Shown here in pieces: positions 10,016-21,074 of a DNA stretch of 64,000 bases. This DNA comes from Syntrophomonadaceae bacterium. GTDB lineage: Bacteria; Bacillota; Dethiobacteria; DTU022. Position 1 is the first letter of the stretch. Each line of letters starts with the position of its first letter. The translations under genes and the position numbers were made by a program. The DNA lies in contig PWYU01000088.1 of assembly GCA_003567725.1 (NCBI GenBank), positions 551 to 64,550 on the forward strand. Reading direction: 5' to 3'. The notes under the pieces were generated by a model, which was not told where the DNA came from, did no database searches, and saw only the letters and a program-made list of their open reading frames with translations.

Positions 10016-13000
10016 TTAGTTTGCTCCACAACATTTCTTGTACTTTTTACCACTGCCACAGGGGCAGGGCTCATTTCGTCCTACTTTTTCCACAGTCACC
10101 GGTTCCGGTTTTACCGGTTTTTCTTTCGCTGCGCTTCCGTAGCCGGCCGATGCCCTTCCTCCACCGACAGCAGCAATTCTTCGCCTCTGACCTCTGATAT
10201 CGCTGGCTACTGACTCTCTTTTAGGAGTTGCCGTTACTTTAACCTGATAAACCGCACGAACGACATCATTTTGAACCTGCCGGATCATGTCTTCAAACAT
10301 TTCTGCGCTCTGCATTCTGTATTCAATCAGGGGGTTTCTTTGCCCATATGCCTGGGTGTGAATATCACGGCGTAGATCGTGCATAACATCGATAAAATAC
10401 ATCCAGTGTCGATCAACGGTTTTTAGGAGAATTACTCTTTCCACTTCACGCATAATCTCCGGAGTTAACTCCAACTCCCTTTGATCGTAGAAAGCACGGG
10501 CTTCTGCCTTCAGAAGGGATTTTACATCCTCTTCTTCCTGATCTATCAAATCATCTAATTTTAACTGGTCCTTACGAACAAAAAACTCTTCTGCTTTTTC
10601 CAAAAGGGCTTGCGCATCTTCATCTTCCAGGAAGCCTTTTTCCACAGTAAAATCCTCGACCATCCGGTCAATGATCTCATCAACCATGCCCAGAACCGGC
10701 TGCCTCATATCTTCCCCTTCAAGGACACGCCGGCGCTGACCGTAAATAACTTCCCGCTGCTGGTTAAGAACATCATCATAATCAAGCAGGTTGCGCCTGA
10801 TTTCAAAGTTTCTTGATTCCACTTTCTTTTGGGCATTCTCAATACCCCGGCTAACCAGGGAATGGTCGATGGGCACATCTTCTTCTACTCCGAAACGTTC
10901 CATTAAACTGGCAATATTCTCTCCGCCAAAAAGACGCATCAAGTCATCTTCCAGGGAAACAAAAAACTGAGATGAACCGGGATCACCCTGCCGCCCTGAG
11001 CGTCCTCGCAGCTGGTTGTCTATTCTTCGGCTTTCGTGCCGCTCTGTTCCCAAAACATGCAGGCCTCCGGCAGCTATAACTTCTTCTCTCTGGTCCAGGG
11101 TTTCCTGGATCGCATCTTCAATCAGCCTGGCACGGCGCTCATCCCAGCTTTTTTGTTTGTCTTCTTCCAGTTCTGAGTAGTCGACACCGAATTCATTGAT
11201 TAACTGCTCTTTGATCAGGTACTCAGGGTTACCGCCCAGGATAATATCTGTCCCCCTGCCGGCCATGTTAGTTGATATAGTTACAGCTCCCAGCCGACCC
11301 GCCTGGGCAATAATATATGCTTCTCTAGTATGGTTGACCGCATTGAGGACCTCATGGGGAGCGCCTTCTTTCTTAAGCATGCGGCTTAACGTCTCGGATC
11401 TTTCCACTGATATGGTTCCTACCAGGACCGGTTGGCCCCTTTGCTGGCATTCTTTTATTTCCTCTACAACCGCCCTAAATTTAGCAGCTTCTGTTTTATA
11501 AACCAGATCGGGCCATTCTTCTCGGATTAAGGGCTTGTTGGTTGGTACAGCTACAACATCCATGCCGTATATTTTTTGAAATTCTTCTTCTTCAGTACGA
11601 GCGGTACCGGTCATGCCCGAGATTTTTTTATACATCCGGAAATAGTTCTGAAATGTAATTGAAGCAACTGTTCTGGTAGCAGCCTGCACCTCCACTCCTT
11701 CTTTGGCCTCGATAGCCTGATGAAGTCCGTCGGAATAACGGCGACCGGGCATGAGGCGGCCTGTAAATTCATCCACGATGAGCACCTTACCGTCCTGGAC
11801 CACATAATCGACGTCTTTTTCGAAAAGAGAATAGGCTTTTATGAGTTGATCAAAATAATGGCGGTGCTGACCTGCAGATTCAGCATCTTCACCATCCTCT
11901 ATCACATCGTGCTGCAATTCATGGTCTTCATCATCTAAAGATTCGCTGTCGTCATCTTCAGCTTTGTCTTTGCCTAAGCGTAAAATCTTTGTCAGTTCCG
12001 GGTTAACCCTTTCCAGCTCGCGGTAACCTTTATCTTTGATATCAGCCAGCCTGGTAGACTCATCGATGATATAGTACAACTCCTCATCAAGATGAGGGAG
12101 CCTTTTTTCGGTCATCAAGCGGTGTTTAGTTCGTTCCACCAGCTTTTCCATACCCGGCTCTTTGAGCATCTTCATTAATTTTCTATTTTTAGGAGAACCC
12201 CGCCTGGCGAGAAGCAGTTTTTCGCCGGCTTCGTCTTCTTCACCGGAATCGAGATCTTTGCGGGCTTCATTCAATAGGTCGTTGATCAGCTTATTCTGCC
12301 GGCGAATCATGTGTTCAACCTCTTTTTTCCAACGGCCGTAATCTTCTTTGGATTCTACCCTGCTGCTGATAATCAGAGGCGTGCGCGCTTCATCAATGAG
12401 GATACTGTCAACTTCATCAATAATGGCATAATGATGATCTCTTTGCACCATTTGATCTTTATAAAGAACCATGTTATCCCGTAAGTAATCAAAACCCAAT
12501 TCATTGTTGGTAGCATATAATATGTCTGAACGGTACGCCTCCTGGCGTTCCTCCGGCTTTAAACCCTGCAAAACCAGGCCAACTGACAGGCCAAGCATTT
12601 CATAAACCGGGCCCATCCAATTTCGGTCTCTACGGGCCAGGTAATCATTGACTGTAACAATATGGACTCCTTTACCGGACAGCGAATTCAAGTAGGCAGG
12701 AAGAGTGGCGACCAGAGTTTTGCCTTCGCCTGTTTTCATTTCAGCAATTCGGCCCTGGTGTAAAACTAGCGCTCCTAAAATCTGGACGTCAAAGGGCCGC
12801 ATACCGGTTTTTCGGTGAGCTGCTTCCCTCGCTAAAGCAAAGGCTTCAGGTAGAAGATCATCTTCGCTTTCGCCTTGCTGCATCCGTTCTTTAAACAAAG
12901 CTGTCTGTTTTGCAAAATCTTCATCAGGCAGTGAAACAGCCCATTCTTCCAGGGCGTTAACTTCTTCAACTGTTTTTTCTAAGCGGCGCACCTCTTTATC

Positions 13001-13042
13001 ATTGGGATCGCCAAATAATTTTTTTAAAAAAGCAGCCATCAC
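10016..13042 (-). CDS. secA: Preprotein translocase subunit SecA
   Basis: [37 protein letters not shown]-terminal [13 protein letters not shown]. Confidence 0.98.
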   Translation of the reverse strand: MMAAFLKKLFGDPNDKEVRRLEKTVEEVNALEEWAVSLPDEDFAKQTALFKERMQQGESEDDLLPEAFALAREAAHRKTGMRPFDVQILGALVLHQGRIAEMKTGEGKTLVATLPAYLNSLSGKGVHIVTVNDYLARRDRNWMGPVYEMLGLSVGLVLQGLKPEERQEAYRSDILYATNNELGFDYLRDNMVLYKDQMVQRDHHYAIIDEVDSILIDEARTPLIISSRVESKEDYGRWKKEVEHMIRRQNKLINDLLNEARKDLDSGEEDEAGEKLLLARRGSPKNRKLMKMLKEPGMEKLVERTKHRLMTEKRLPHLDEELYYIIDESTRLADIKDKGYRELERVNPELTKILRLGKDKAEDDDSESLDDEDHELQHDVIEDGEDAESAGQHRHYFDQLIKAYSLFEKDVDYVVQDGKVLIVDEFTGRLMPGRRYSDGLHQAIEAKEGVEVQAATRTVASITFQNYFRMYKKISGMTGTARTEEEEFQKIYGMDVVAVPTNKPLIREEWPDLVYKTEAAKFRAVVEEIKECQQRGQPVLVGTISVERSETLSRMLKKEGAPHEVLNAVNHTREAYIIAQAGRLGAVTISTNMAGRGTDIILGGNPEYLIKEQLINEFGVDYSELEEDKQKSWDERRARLIEDAIQETLDQREEVIAAGGLHVLGTERHESRRIDNQLRGRSGRQGDPGSSQFFVSLEDDLMRLFGGENIASLMERFGVEEDVPIDHSLVSRGIENAQKKVESRNFEIRRNLLDYDDVLNQQREVIYGQRRRVLEGEDMRQPVLGMVDEIIDRMVEDFTVEKGFLEDEDAQALLEKAEEFFVRKDQLKLDDLIDQEEEDVKSLLKAEARAFYDQRELELTPEIMREVERVILLKTVDRHWMYFIDVMHDLRRDIHTQAYGQRNPLIEYRMQSAEMFEDMIRQVQNDVVRAVYQVKVTATPKRESVASDIRGQRRRIAAVGGGRASAGYGSAAKEKPVKPEPVTVEKVGRNEPCPCGSGKKYKKCCGAN

Positions 13043-13211
13043 AAAGCTCCTTTAACAAAATATGTGTTTTGTCAAACCATGATACTAATAATTACAACCT
13101 ATTTAAATGATTAAGCTCAACTTTGATAGTGCTACCCAATTCTAACACAAGCAAAGCCTGCGCAACAAGTTCCGGCAGGCTCAAGTTAAATCCAGTCCAT
13201 AATAATCAGTG

Positions 13212-14357
13212 TTAACCATGATCCGGGGCAAGTTCACAGGTCAGGGCCCAGAGGCTGCCCGAAACCAGGGAATGCCCTCCCAAAATAACCGGGACCGGAC
13301 ATGCTTCTGCCAATCTGGTGAATTTTCTTAGCCAGGGATCTTCTATTTCATTCCATTTACCCAGGTCAGACAAAAACCGCTCCCGATCAGAAAATTCATG
13401 CTGATAGTGGTACATTAATACCCGGCTATCTATAAATACACAGCGGGCTACTTGAGCCAGGTATTGAAAAAACTGCTCCAAACCGGCATGATCCAACAGC
13501 AAACCCAGTAAAGATATAACTTCTTTAGCCTCGATCCGGCCCAGCGATTTCATACCCCGCTCTTCTGAAAAAACGCGTAAGCGCAGTTTAAGCAGGGCAT
13601 TTAGGCGCTCAATAACCGGCGCCCCAACCCTACCAATCAGGGCAATATCTTCGTACTCATCTTTGAGCACTGCTTTGGCAGATACAAGCTTACTGCCATC
13701 CAAATGCAGGCTATCCAGGGCTTCTTGGGTCCGGGGACCGGCAAAAGGCCCCTCTTTCAATACTATTAGATCAGAGGGGGTATCAATGTCAAAGAGCAGG
13801 CCCAGGGTATGGGGCATGAGTTCCATTTCCAGATTCAGTTGATCACGCAAGGCCATGGCCAGGCTGTTGTCTTTAGCCGGCAGCTCGACGATGTCAATTT
13901 GTTCAGGTACAGTAAAAGCGATTATATCAACAGATTGAGTATTGTTAGTATAAACAAACTGCTCACGACTGAGCAGTTTGTGGCAAATCATATTTAATTC
14001 TTCCACAGTGATCAGAGGGGATCCAGCTCCATTTAAACAAATAACTCGTTTCAGATTATGCTGTTGAATCGCATCCTGCAACTCTCGACCAAAATGAAAA
14101 TCTTCAAGCGCTTTATAATTAAGAAATACTCTGGCTCCCAGCCGTTCAGCAGGATCTACCAGTTCCGGCCTGTTGGTATGCAGGTAAACCCCTTCCAGAA
14201 AAGAAATCTGCTGCATCTTCTCCAGGTTGTCAAGCAAAGCAGCCTGACGAACTTTAACCATCATTTCCTCAACCCAGCTTTTGGGATGGGATCCCTCAAA
14301 TACTATAGCACTTATTTCACGGCCCATAATCCTAAATCTATTCTCTCTTCCTGCCAA
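13212..14357 (-). CDS. Hypothetical protein, possible nucleotide-diphospho-sugar transferase/CofC-like N-terminal fold
   Basis: 381 aa; FHFG, GSPL and FDIDTPSDL motifs resemble the NTP-transferase (CofC/MobA-like) fold; C-terminal half unassigned. Confidence 0.55.
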   Translation of the reverse strand: MAGRENRFRIMGREISAIVFEGSHPKSWVEEMMVKVRQAALLDNLEKMQQISFLEGVYLHTNRPELVDPAERLGARVFLNYKALEDFHFGRELQDAIQQHNLKRVICLNGAGSPLITVEELNMICHKLLSREQFVYTNNTQSVDIIAFTVPEQIDIVELPAKDNSLAMALRDQLNLEMELMPHTLGLLFDIDTPSDLIVLKEGPFAGPRTQEALDSLHLDGSKLVSAKAVLKDEYEDIALIGRVGAPVIERLNALLKLRLRVFSEERGMKSLGRIEAKEVISLLGLLLDHAGLEQFFQYLAQVARCVFIDSRVLMYHYQHEFSDRERFLSDLGKWNEIEDPWLRKFTRLAEACPVPVILGGHSLVSGSLWALTCELAPDHG

Positions 14358-14395
14358 TAATCAACTCAGCGATTTCTATTTATCTTGCAAAGATT

Positions 14396-14935
14396 TTACT
14401 CAGGTTCAATTAACCCGTAATTTCCGTCTTTTCGACAATAAATAACATTTGTAACATCGGTGTCCGCGTTAGCAAAGACAAAAAAACTATGCCCTAATAG
14501 ATCCATCTGCAAAATCGCTTCTTCAACAGTCATAGGCTTAAGTGGAAACCGTTTGGTTCTTACTACCTGTGGTTTATCTTCTTCAACTTTCTCTTCAGCT
14601 TCAAGCGCAGCCTGTTTTTCATTCATAGAGCGAAAACCATTTTGCCTGTTCTGCTTTTTAACTCGAGTTTTATATTTTTTTACCTGCCGCTCCAGTTTAT
14701 CGACAACCTGATCTATAGAAGCATACATGTCTCCGGTAGATTCTTCACCACGTATAATCATGCCATTCAGATTAACCGTAACTTCTACAATATGATCTTC
14801 ACGAATAACGCTCAATACTACCTGAACATCAGTATTTTGATCAAAATGTTTGTCCAGCTTACCCAACTTTTTATGGGCATAATCAACCAACGAAGGTGTA
14901 GCGTCGATATTTTTGCCGCGTACATTTATTATCAT
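14396..14935 (-). CDS. hpf: Ribosome hibernation promoting factor (long HPF)
   Basis: DMYASIDQVVDKLERQ and KPMTVEEAILQMDLLGHSFFVF motifs. Confidence 0.95.
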   Translation of the reverse strand: MIINVRGKNIDATPSLVDYAHKKLGKLDKHFDQNTDVQVVLSVIREDHIVEVTVNLNGMIIRGEESTGDMYASIDQVVDKLERQVKKYKTRVKKQNRQNGFRSMNEKQAALEAEEKVEEDKPQVVRTKRFPLKPMTVEEAILQMDLLGHSFFVFANADTDVTNVIYCRKDGNYGLIEPE

Positions 14936-15032
14936 TACTATCGACCTCCTGTTTAATATAGTTATCTATACTACTACATAAAGTATTCCCCAGTCCAGTT
15001 AAAAATCCTTCCGTGAAAATTTTGATATGTTC

Positions 15033-15845
15033 CTACCACTTCTCCAGACCGGCATAAAAACCGGTCCTTTGTATGGCCCTGATGTTCGGATTATAAGCAA
15101 TAGCAGCTCCAAAAACCCTTGCTCCTGTTTTATTTTTTAAAGCTAAAGCCGCTTCTTTCATGGTTGCTCCCGTTGAATAAACATCATCCACCAGAAGAAT
15201 GGTTGATTTATTGTATTTTTCAGGACGGCATTTAAAAACACCGCGTACATTGCTCTGCCTGTCATAGCGAGAAATTGAAGTCTGAGACCTGGTATTAATC
15301 GCTTTGAATAAAAGATTACCGCGCCATGGCACCTTTAAAACCTGCGCCATGTTGCGAGCTAATAAGGCTGCCTGGTTATATCCCCTTTCTCTTTCCCGGA
15401 CAGGGTGAAGGGGAACAGGAACAATTAAATCCGGTTTACAATAACGGTTGTTCAATATTTCAAAAGCCAACCAGATAGCAAGTGGGCGAATTACTGCCCG
15501 CCGGTTTCTGTATTTTAGCTCATGAATTAATTTCCGCCAGCTTTGATCATAGAGTGCTGCAAAAAATAGCCCTTCTAAGGAAATGCTCTTAACAATACAA
15601 CTACAAGGCGGCTCTTCACGAAAAAAACTTTCACAGTTAGGGCATATTCTACCACCCGCTGAATAATTCTTTTGGCAGGTTGAGCATAATGGATTCAAGC
15701 TGGAAATGGGGATGATATCCCTACAAAACAGGCAGCGATCTGGAAAGAGCTGATAAAGAAAGCTGTGGAGCCAGCCTTTACGTTTGCTTAAGGTAATTTG
15801 TCCGGGAGAATAAGCTTCTGTAGTTAATTTATGATAGCGGGTCAT
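15033..15845 (-). CDS. comF: ComF family protein (Zn ribbon + PRTase-like)
   Basis: CxxC repeats, VPVPLH..RGYNQA, LLVDDVYSTGAT. Confidence 0.9.
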   Translation of the reverse strand: MTRYHKLTTEAYSPGQITLSKRKGWLHSFLYQLFPDRCLFCRDIIPISSLNPLCSTCQKNYSAGGRICPNCESFFREEPPCSCIVKSISLEGLFFAALYDQSWRKLIHELKYRNRRAVIRPLAIWLAFEILNNRYCKPDLIVPVPLHPVRERERGYNQAALLARNMAQVLKVPWRGNLLFKAINTRSQTSISRYDRQSNVRGVFKCRPEKYNKSTILLVDDVYSTGATMKEAALALKNKTGARVFGAAIAYNPNIRAIQRTGFYAGLEKW

Positions 15846-15898
15846 TTTTCAGCCCTTTGTCCTCACCATTTTATCTTGAATATAGATTTTGATATTGC

Positions 15899-18115
15899 TC
15901 ATATTTCAGTTTCTTCGCCTTTCAGACGGACGCTTAAATATGTGTGACGATCTTCTGCTCTGTTGTTACGGACAGCAATAGCCATAGCTTTTTTACTACC
16001 GACCAGGACAGCCAGTTTCTTCGCCCTGGTTATTCCGGTATAGAGTAAATTTCTTTGGAGCAGCATATAATGCTGAGTTAATATAGGCATAATTACCACA
16101 GGATACTCACTGCCCTGGCTTTTATGAATGGAAACAGCATAAGAAAGGACCAGTTCATCGAGCTCGGTAAAATCATATATCACAGGCCTATCCATAAGCA
16201 CATCCCGAAAAGTGACTACCAGTTCGGTCGCTTCCTTATCAATAGCGGTTACCAGGCCGATATCTCCATTATATACTTCTTTCTGATAATTATTACGGAT
16301 TTGCATTACTTTATCGCCAAGGCGAAAAATATTCCCTCTGGATGTTATTTCTAATTTATCCCTGCCAGGAGGATTAAGCGCTTGTTGCAGCAGAATATTA
16401 AGCCGGTCAACCCCCGCAGCCGTTTTACGCATCGGCGTAAGCACCTGAAGATCTAACAAAGGATCATAAGGGCCATAATTAGGCAAACGCTCCCTGCATA
16501 ATTGCACAACCAGTTCAGCGGCCTGTTCGGCATCTTCCTCATGCATAAAAAAGAAATCTTTCTTTTTTAGATTTAAGTAAGGCATATCACCTTTGTTTAC
16601 CCGGTGCGCATTCACGACAATCATGCTCTCCCGGGCCTGACGAAAAATATAGCCCAGGCGAAAGCATGGGATTACTGCGGAATTGATTAAATCACGAAGC
16701 ACGTTTCCCGCTCCAACAGCAGGAAGTTGATCCACATCTCCGACCATTATCAAACGACAGCCTGCAGGCACTGCCTTGAGCAAATTATACATAAGCAAAA
16801 GATCAACCATCGAAGCTTCATCAATGATGATCACCTGGGCTTCGATAGGATTATCCGCATTACGTTTAAAACTAAAACCTTCTCCCTCTATAAAACTGTA
16901 CTCCAGCATGCGATGGATCGTAAATGCTTCCTGACCGGTAGCTTCCGTAATCCTTTTAGCCGCTCTGCCTGTTGGTGCTGCCAGCAGAACTTTTTGCCTC
17001 AACCTTTTATATGTGGAAAGCAAAGCTTTGATAGTAGTAGTTTTTCCAGTACCGGGACCGCCAGTAACGATTAAAACCCCGTTTTGCATAGCTAGATCTA
17101 AAACCTGCAGCTGCTCATCGGTTAAATGGGGATTATCATGGCTTACAGCTCCAAGGGCCTGGCTTGTTTCCAAAGGTGAATACTGCCTGGCCTGCTTGCT
17201 TAAGCGGTTAATTAAAATAGCTGAATTTTTCTCTGCCTGATAAAATGGGGCATAATAAACTGCTTCGTCTTCTGCTAACTGTTCACAGAACAAAGTCTTT
17301 TTAAGAACCATGTCCCGGAGCTGTTGATCCAAATACTCTTCTGATATTACCTTGTCAGAGTCGCTTAACAGAGTATTGACCCTTTCAAACAATTCTTTTT
17401 TTGGCAAATAAACATGCCCCTGTTCCGATGCCCGATTAAGGTTATAGGCAAATGAAGCCTGGATCCTCTCCGGTGCATCTTCAGACATGCCAAGTTTAAG
17501 GGCGATCTTATCTGCGGTTTTAAAACCGACCCCGAAAATATCTTCAGCCATACGATAGGGATTTTCCTTGACCTGCTGAATAGTATGGGAACCATACCGC
17601 CGGTATAGCCGCATAGCCTGGTTAATTCCGATGCCGTATCCTTGCAAAAAGATCAAGACATTTTGCACGTCTTTGTATTTCCGGTAACTAGCTATGATAT
17701 CGGCAGTCTTCCTTGTGCCAATACCTTCTACTTCTTGCAACCGCTCAGGCTCATTTTCTAAGATATCAAGTGTATCTAATCCATAGTGTTCAACTATTTT
17801 ATCAGCTGTAACAGGGCCAATCCCTTTAATTAAGCCAGAAGATAAATAATTCTTCAATCCTGCTTCAGTAGCCGGTAAAAGTCGTTCCCAATGTTCAACA
17901 GAAAGCTGCCGCCCATACCGGGGATGAACCTGCCACTGGCCCTTAACAAGCAAGTTCTCTCCTTCTTGCATAGAAGGAAAGCTACCAACTATGGTAACCG
18001 GATTACTATCACGACAGCGCAAAACACCGACCAGATAAGAGCTCTCATCGCTATAGAATCTTATTTTTTCAAGGGTTCCTTCGATTTGTTCCAGCGGGTC
18101 AACCTCCTGCATCAC
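15899..18115 (-). CDS. recD2: ATP-dependent RecD2-like helicase
   Basis: HhH IKGIG, GGPGTGKTT, DEASM, SIHKSQGSEY. Confidence 0.95.
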   Translation of the reverse strand: MMQEVDPLEQIEGTLEKIRFYSDESSYLVGVLRCRDSNPVTIVGSFPSMQEGENLLVKGQWQVHPRYGRQLSVEHWERLLPATEAGLKNYLSSGLIKGIGPVTADKIVEHYGLDTLDILENEPERLQEVEGIGTRKTADIIASYRKYKDVQNVLIFLQGYGIGINQAMRLYRRYGSHTIQQVKENPYRMAEDIFGVGFKTADKIALKLGMSEDAPERIQASFAYNLNRASEQGHVYLPKKELFERVNTLLSDSDKVISEEYLDQQLRDMVLKKTLFCEQLAEDEAVYYAPFYQAEKNSAILINRLSKQARQYSPLETSQALGAVSHDNPHLTDEQLQVLDLAMQNGVLIVTGGPGTGKTTTIKALLSTYKRLRQKVLLAAPTGRAAKRITEATGQEAFTIHRMLEYSFIEGEGFSFKRNADNPIEAQVIIIDEASMVDLLLMYNLLKAVPAGCRLIMVGDVDQLPAVGAGNVLRDLINSAVIPCFRLGYIFRQARESMIVVNAHRVNKGDMPYLNLKKKDFFFMHEEDAEQAAELVVQLCRERLPNYGPYDPLLDLQVLTPMRKTAAGVDRLNILLQQALNPPGRDKLEITSRGNIFRLGDKVMQIRNNYQKEVYNGDIGLVTAIDKEATELVVTFRDVLMDRPVIYDFTELDELVLSYAVSIHKSQGSEYPVVIMPILTQHYMLLQRNLLYTGITRAKKLAVLVGSKKAMAIAVRNNRAEDRHTYLSVRLKGEETEI

Positions 18116-18142
18116 AGATCCAAGGTTTATTTCTATACTGCA

Positions 18143-18178
18143 TCTCTGCCCTCTCCCCAGAAGGGAAGAGGGCAGAAA
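18143..18178 (-). terminator. Hairpin between metK and recD2 (probable terminator)
   Basis: TCTGCCCTCT...AGAGGGCAGA inverted repeat. Confidence 0.55.
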
Positions 18179-18277
18179 TTTAATGCTTCTTTATTATTTG
18201 TGCTTTTGAAACGTATGATACTAAATGCCCTTTTAGATACAATGTATCAAATTCTTAGCTTTAACTCAAGCTAAAGA

Positions 18278-19465
18278 TTAAAGAACTTCCTTGAGCTGCT
18301 CAACTTTATCAAGGCGCTCCCAGGTTAAATCCAGTTCAGGCCGGCCAAAGTGACCATAAGAAGCCAGCTGGCAATAAATCGGGCGGCGCAGCTGCAATTG
18401 ATCAATTATGGCGGCAGGTCTTAAATCAAAGTATTTATTAACAGCCTCTTCGATATGTTTTACAGGGACCTTTTCTGTACCATAGGTTTCAATCATCATG
18501 GAAACCGGATGGGCCACCCCGATGGCATAAGCCAGCTGCAGCTGGCACCTGGAAGCCAGGCCGGCTGCTACAATGTTTTTGGCTACATATCGAGCCGCAT
18601 AAGAAGCCGAACGGTCAACTTTCGTCGGATCTTTACCAGAAAATGCACCGCCCCCATGGGCAGCATAACCACCGTAGGTGTCAACAATTGTTTTTCGACC
18701 AGTCAACCCGGCATCCCCTTGAGGACCGCCAATCACAAAGCGTCCAGTGGGATTTATATAAAAACGAGTCTCAGGAACAATTAGTTTTTCAGGAACAATT
18801 TCCTTAACAACAAGCTCAACCAGATCTTTTTCAATCTGTTCCAGCGAAACTTCGTCACTGTGTTGAGCTGAGACAACAACATTATCAAGGCATACAGGTT
18901 TACCGTCTTCATAAACAACTGTGACCTGGGTTTTACCATCTGGCCGCAAATAATCAACTAAACCTCCTTTTCGAATATCAGTCAATCTCTGAGCCATTTT
19001 ATGAGCAAGCGCTATAGGCATAGGCATTAGTTCAGGGGTTTCTTCACATGCATAACCGAACATGATGCCCTGATCCCCGGCGCCAATCTGATCATAATCA
19101 TCTTTTTGCTGTTTGCTCCTGGTCTCAAAGGCTTCATTAACACCCTGCGCAATATCCGGTGACTGTTCGTCGATAGAGGTCAACACAGCACATGTTTCTC
19201 CATCAAACCCGAATTTTGCTCTTGTATAACCAATATCAAGTACTTTATCTCTAACTAATTGCGGTATATCTACATAACATTCAGTAGTGATTTCTCCACA
19301 AACCAAAACTAAACCGGTTGAAACCATAGTTTCTGCAGCAACTCTACCCATGGGATCTTGTTCCATAATAGCATCAAGAATAGCGTCAGAAATCTGGTCA
19401 GCCATTTTATCAGGGTGTCCTTCGGTTACTGATTCAGATGAAAACAGGTAATCACATTGATGCAC
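18278..19465 (-). CDS. metK: S-adenosylmethionine synthetase
   Basis: [33 protein letters not shown]. Confidence 0.98.
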   Translation of the reverse strand: MHQCDYLFSSESVTEGHPDKMADQISDAILDAIMEQDPMGRVAAETMVSTGLVLVCGEITTECYVDIPQLVRDKVLDIGYTRAKFGFDGETCAVLTSIDEQSPDIAQGVNEAFETRSKQQKDDYDQIGAGDQGIMFGYACEETPELMPMPIALAHKMAQRLTDIRKGGLVDYLRPDGKTQVTVVYEDGKPVCLDNVVVSAQHSDEVSLEQIEKDLVELVVKEIVPEKLIVPETRFYINPTGRFVIGGPQGDAGLTGRKTIVDTYGGYAAHGGGAFSGKDPTKVDRSASYAARYVAKNIVAAGLASRCQLQLAYAIGVAHPVSMMIETYGTEKVPVKHIEEAVNKYFDLRPAAIIDQLQLRRPIYCQLASYGHFGRPELDLTWERLDKVEQLKEVL

Positions 19466-19697
19466 TAAATTTCTCCTCCTTAGTTTTAAACTAAATTATA
19501 TTTTAACTTTTATAAAGCTGGCGTCAGACATGTTCATTATAAATCGGGCTTTTAGTCTGGGTAATCCCAAGCTTTTATTTACCGGCATACCATTAATGCG
19601 CCTGACATTGATTAGATTTAATAACACCCACTACGGGGTATACAGGTAAATCAATTTTCACCACCTATCCAAGCTGATAATGTAAAGCCCTTTAACG

Positions 19698-19836
19698 AAA
19701 AAAGCCCCTTTCCTCAAGAGGCCTTTTAGGCACCACTCATCTCCCGGGTAATTCCCGCAGCAATTGGCACCGTGAACAATTGAACCGGTTGCCGGGATTC
19801 ATCGGGGCTGTCCCTCCTCCGCTCTTGATAAGAGTT
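19698..19836 (-). ncRNA. SAM-I (S-box) riboswitch with terminator
   Basis: Minus strand CTCTTATCAAGAG..GGAGGGAC..CCCGATGA..CCCGGCAACC...GGTGCCAAT...AGATGAG, then GCCTCTT..AAGGGGC-TTTTTT terminator; upstream of metK. Confidence 0.93.
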
Positions 19837-19896
19837 ATCTATAATATTGTAGTACTATAATACAGGAGTAGTCTTCAAAAGTCAATTTTGTGACAA

Positions 19897-20346
19897 TCAA
19901 GCCTGATCGCGATCAACCAGGGCGAACCAAAGTTCCCCGGAGGCGATTTTTTTATCATCTATCCAGGCCTGGGCATCACCTTTTCCTATATTGCGCCGCA
20001 TCCCAGTCATCACAACCTGTAATTGTAACTGATCACCCGGTTTCACAACCTGCTTAAACCGGAAATTCTTTATGCCGCTAAAAACAGCCAGCTTGCCTTT
20101 ATTATCATCCATGCTTAGAACAACAGCTGCACCAACCTGAGCCAGCGCTTCTATAATCAATACGCCGGGCATTACCGGCATACCTGGAAAATGGCCCTGA
20201 AAAAATGGTTCATTAATAGTAACATTTTTTAAACCAGAAGCTTTTTCACCCGGGACAAGCTCTGTTAAACGATCTACCAGCAAGAAGGGATAGCGGTGAG
20301 GTAATACTGACAGGATTTTTTGGATATCCAGGTTCTCTTCAGTCAT
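19897..20346 (-). CDS. fabZ: 3-hydroxyacyl-ACP dehydratase
   Basis: LPHRYPFLLVD, GHFP..PVMPGVLIIEALAQ. Confidence 0.96.
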   Translation of the reverse strand: MTEENLDIQKILSVLPHRYPFLLVDRLTELVPGEKASGLKNVTINEPFFQGHFPGMPVMPGVLIIEALAQVGAAVVLSMDDNKGKLAVFSGIKNFRFKQVVKPGDQLQLQVVMTGMRRNIGKGDAQAWIDDKKIASGELWFALVDRDQA

Positions 20347-20349
20347 TAG

Positions 20350-20994
20350 CTAACCTCCTTTCCTACCAGTTTTTTCTAATATGATTTTTACTTCCTGATC
20401 ATCAACCTGGCTAAAATCACGGTAAAATTGGCCAACAGCTGCAAAATGAGCAGGGGCATCAATAAAAATTAGTTCGTCCACTTCGTGATCCAGGATGCTA
20501 AAAGTATCAGCAGGTCCTATCGGAACAGCAAGAATTAGTTTGGCTGGTTGCTTTTTTTGCAGGCTGCGCAGAGCTGCCAGAAGAGTATATCCGGTAGCCA
20601 CTCCATCATCAATCAGAATTACCAGGCGTCCATCAACTTCTGGCATTAACTGATTACCCCGGTAATCATTCATCCTCCGCCTGATTTCTTTCTGCTCTTT
20701 ACCTGCCCTTTTATTGATATATTCATAATCAACATTAAGCCTGGAAACCAGCTGATCATTAAGCATGATCAATCCGTCCCCACTGACAGCACCTATAGCC
20801 AGTTCAGATTGATAGGGAGCACCTATTTTTCTGGTAATAATTAAGTCCAGCTCTCCTCCTAAATAGTTGCATACCGGCTCGGCGACAATCACTCCACCCC
20901 GGGGAACAGCCAAAATCAAAGGCTCCAGGCCCCGGAAATGATTCAGTTTATCAGCAAGTTTTTGCCCTGCCTCACTCCGGTCTCGAAAAAACAT
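20350..20994 (-). CDS. Phosphoribosyltransferase family protein
   Basis: F.DR..AG, PRGGV, RKIGAP..ELAIGA, LIDDGVATG, AVGQFY.DF; likely start ATG 20994. Confidence 0.88.
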   Translation of the reverse strand: MFFRDRSEAGQKLADKLNHFRGLEPLILAVPRGGVIVAEPVCNYLGGELDLIITRKIGAPYQSELAIGAVSGDGLIMLNDQLVSRLNVDYEYINKRAGKEQKEIRRRMNDYRGNQLMPEVDGRLVILIDDGVATGYTLLAALRSLQKKQPAKLILAVPIGPADTFSILDHEVDELIFIDAPAHFAAVGQFYRDFSQVDDQEVKIILEKTGRKGG

Positions 20995-21074
20995 CTTCTC
21001 CCCCTGCGGTAGAGATAATAGCCAAATAAAAACCCATTTTGAAATGATCACTTATCAGGCTAAATTCTTAAAGA

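Noticed and set aside
14936-15032. raiA-motif RNA between comF and hpf
   Set aside because: The spacer is under 100 nt and AT-rich, too short for that RNA.
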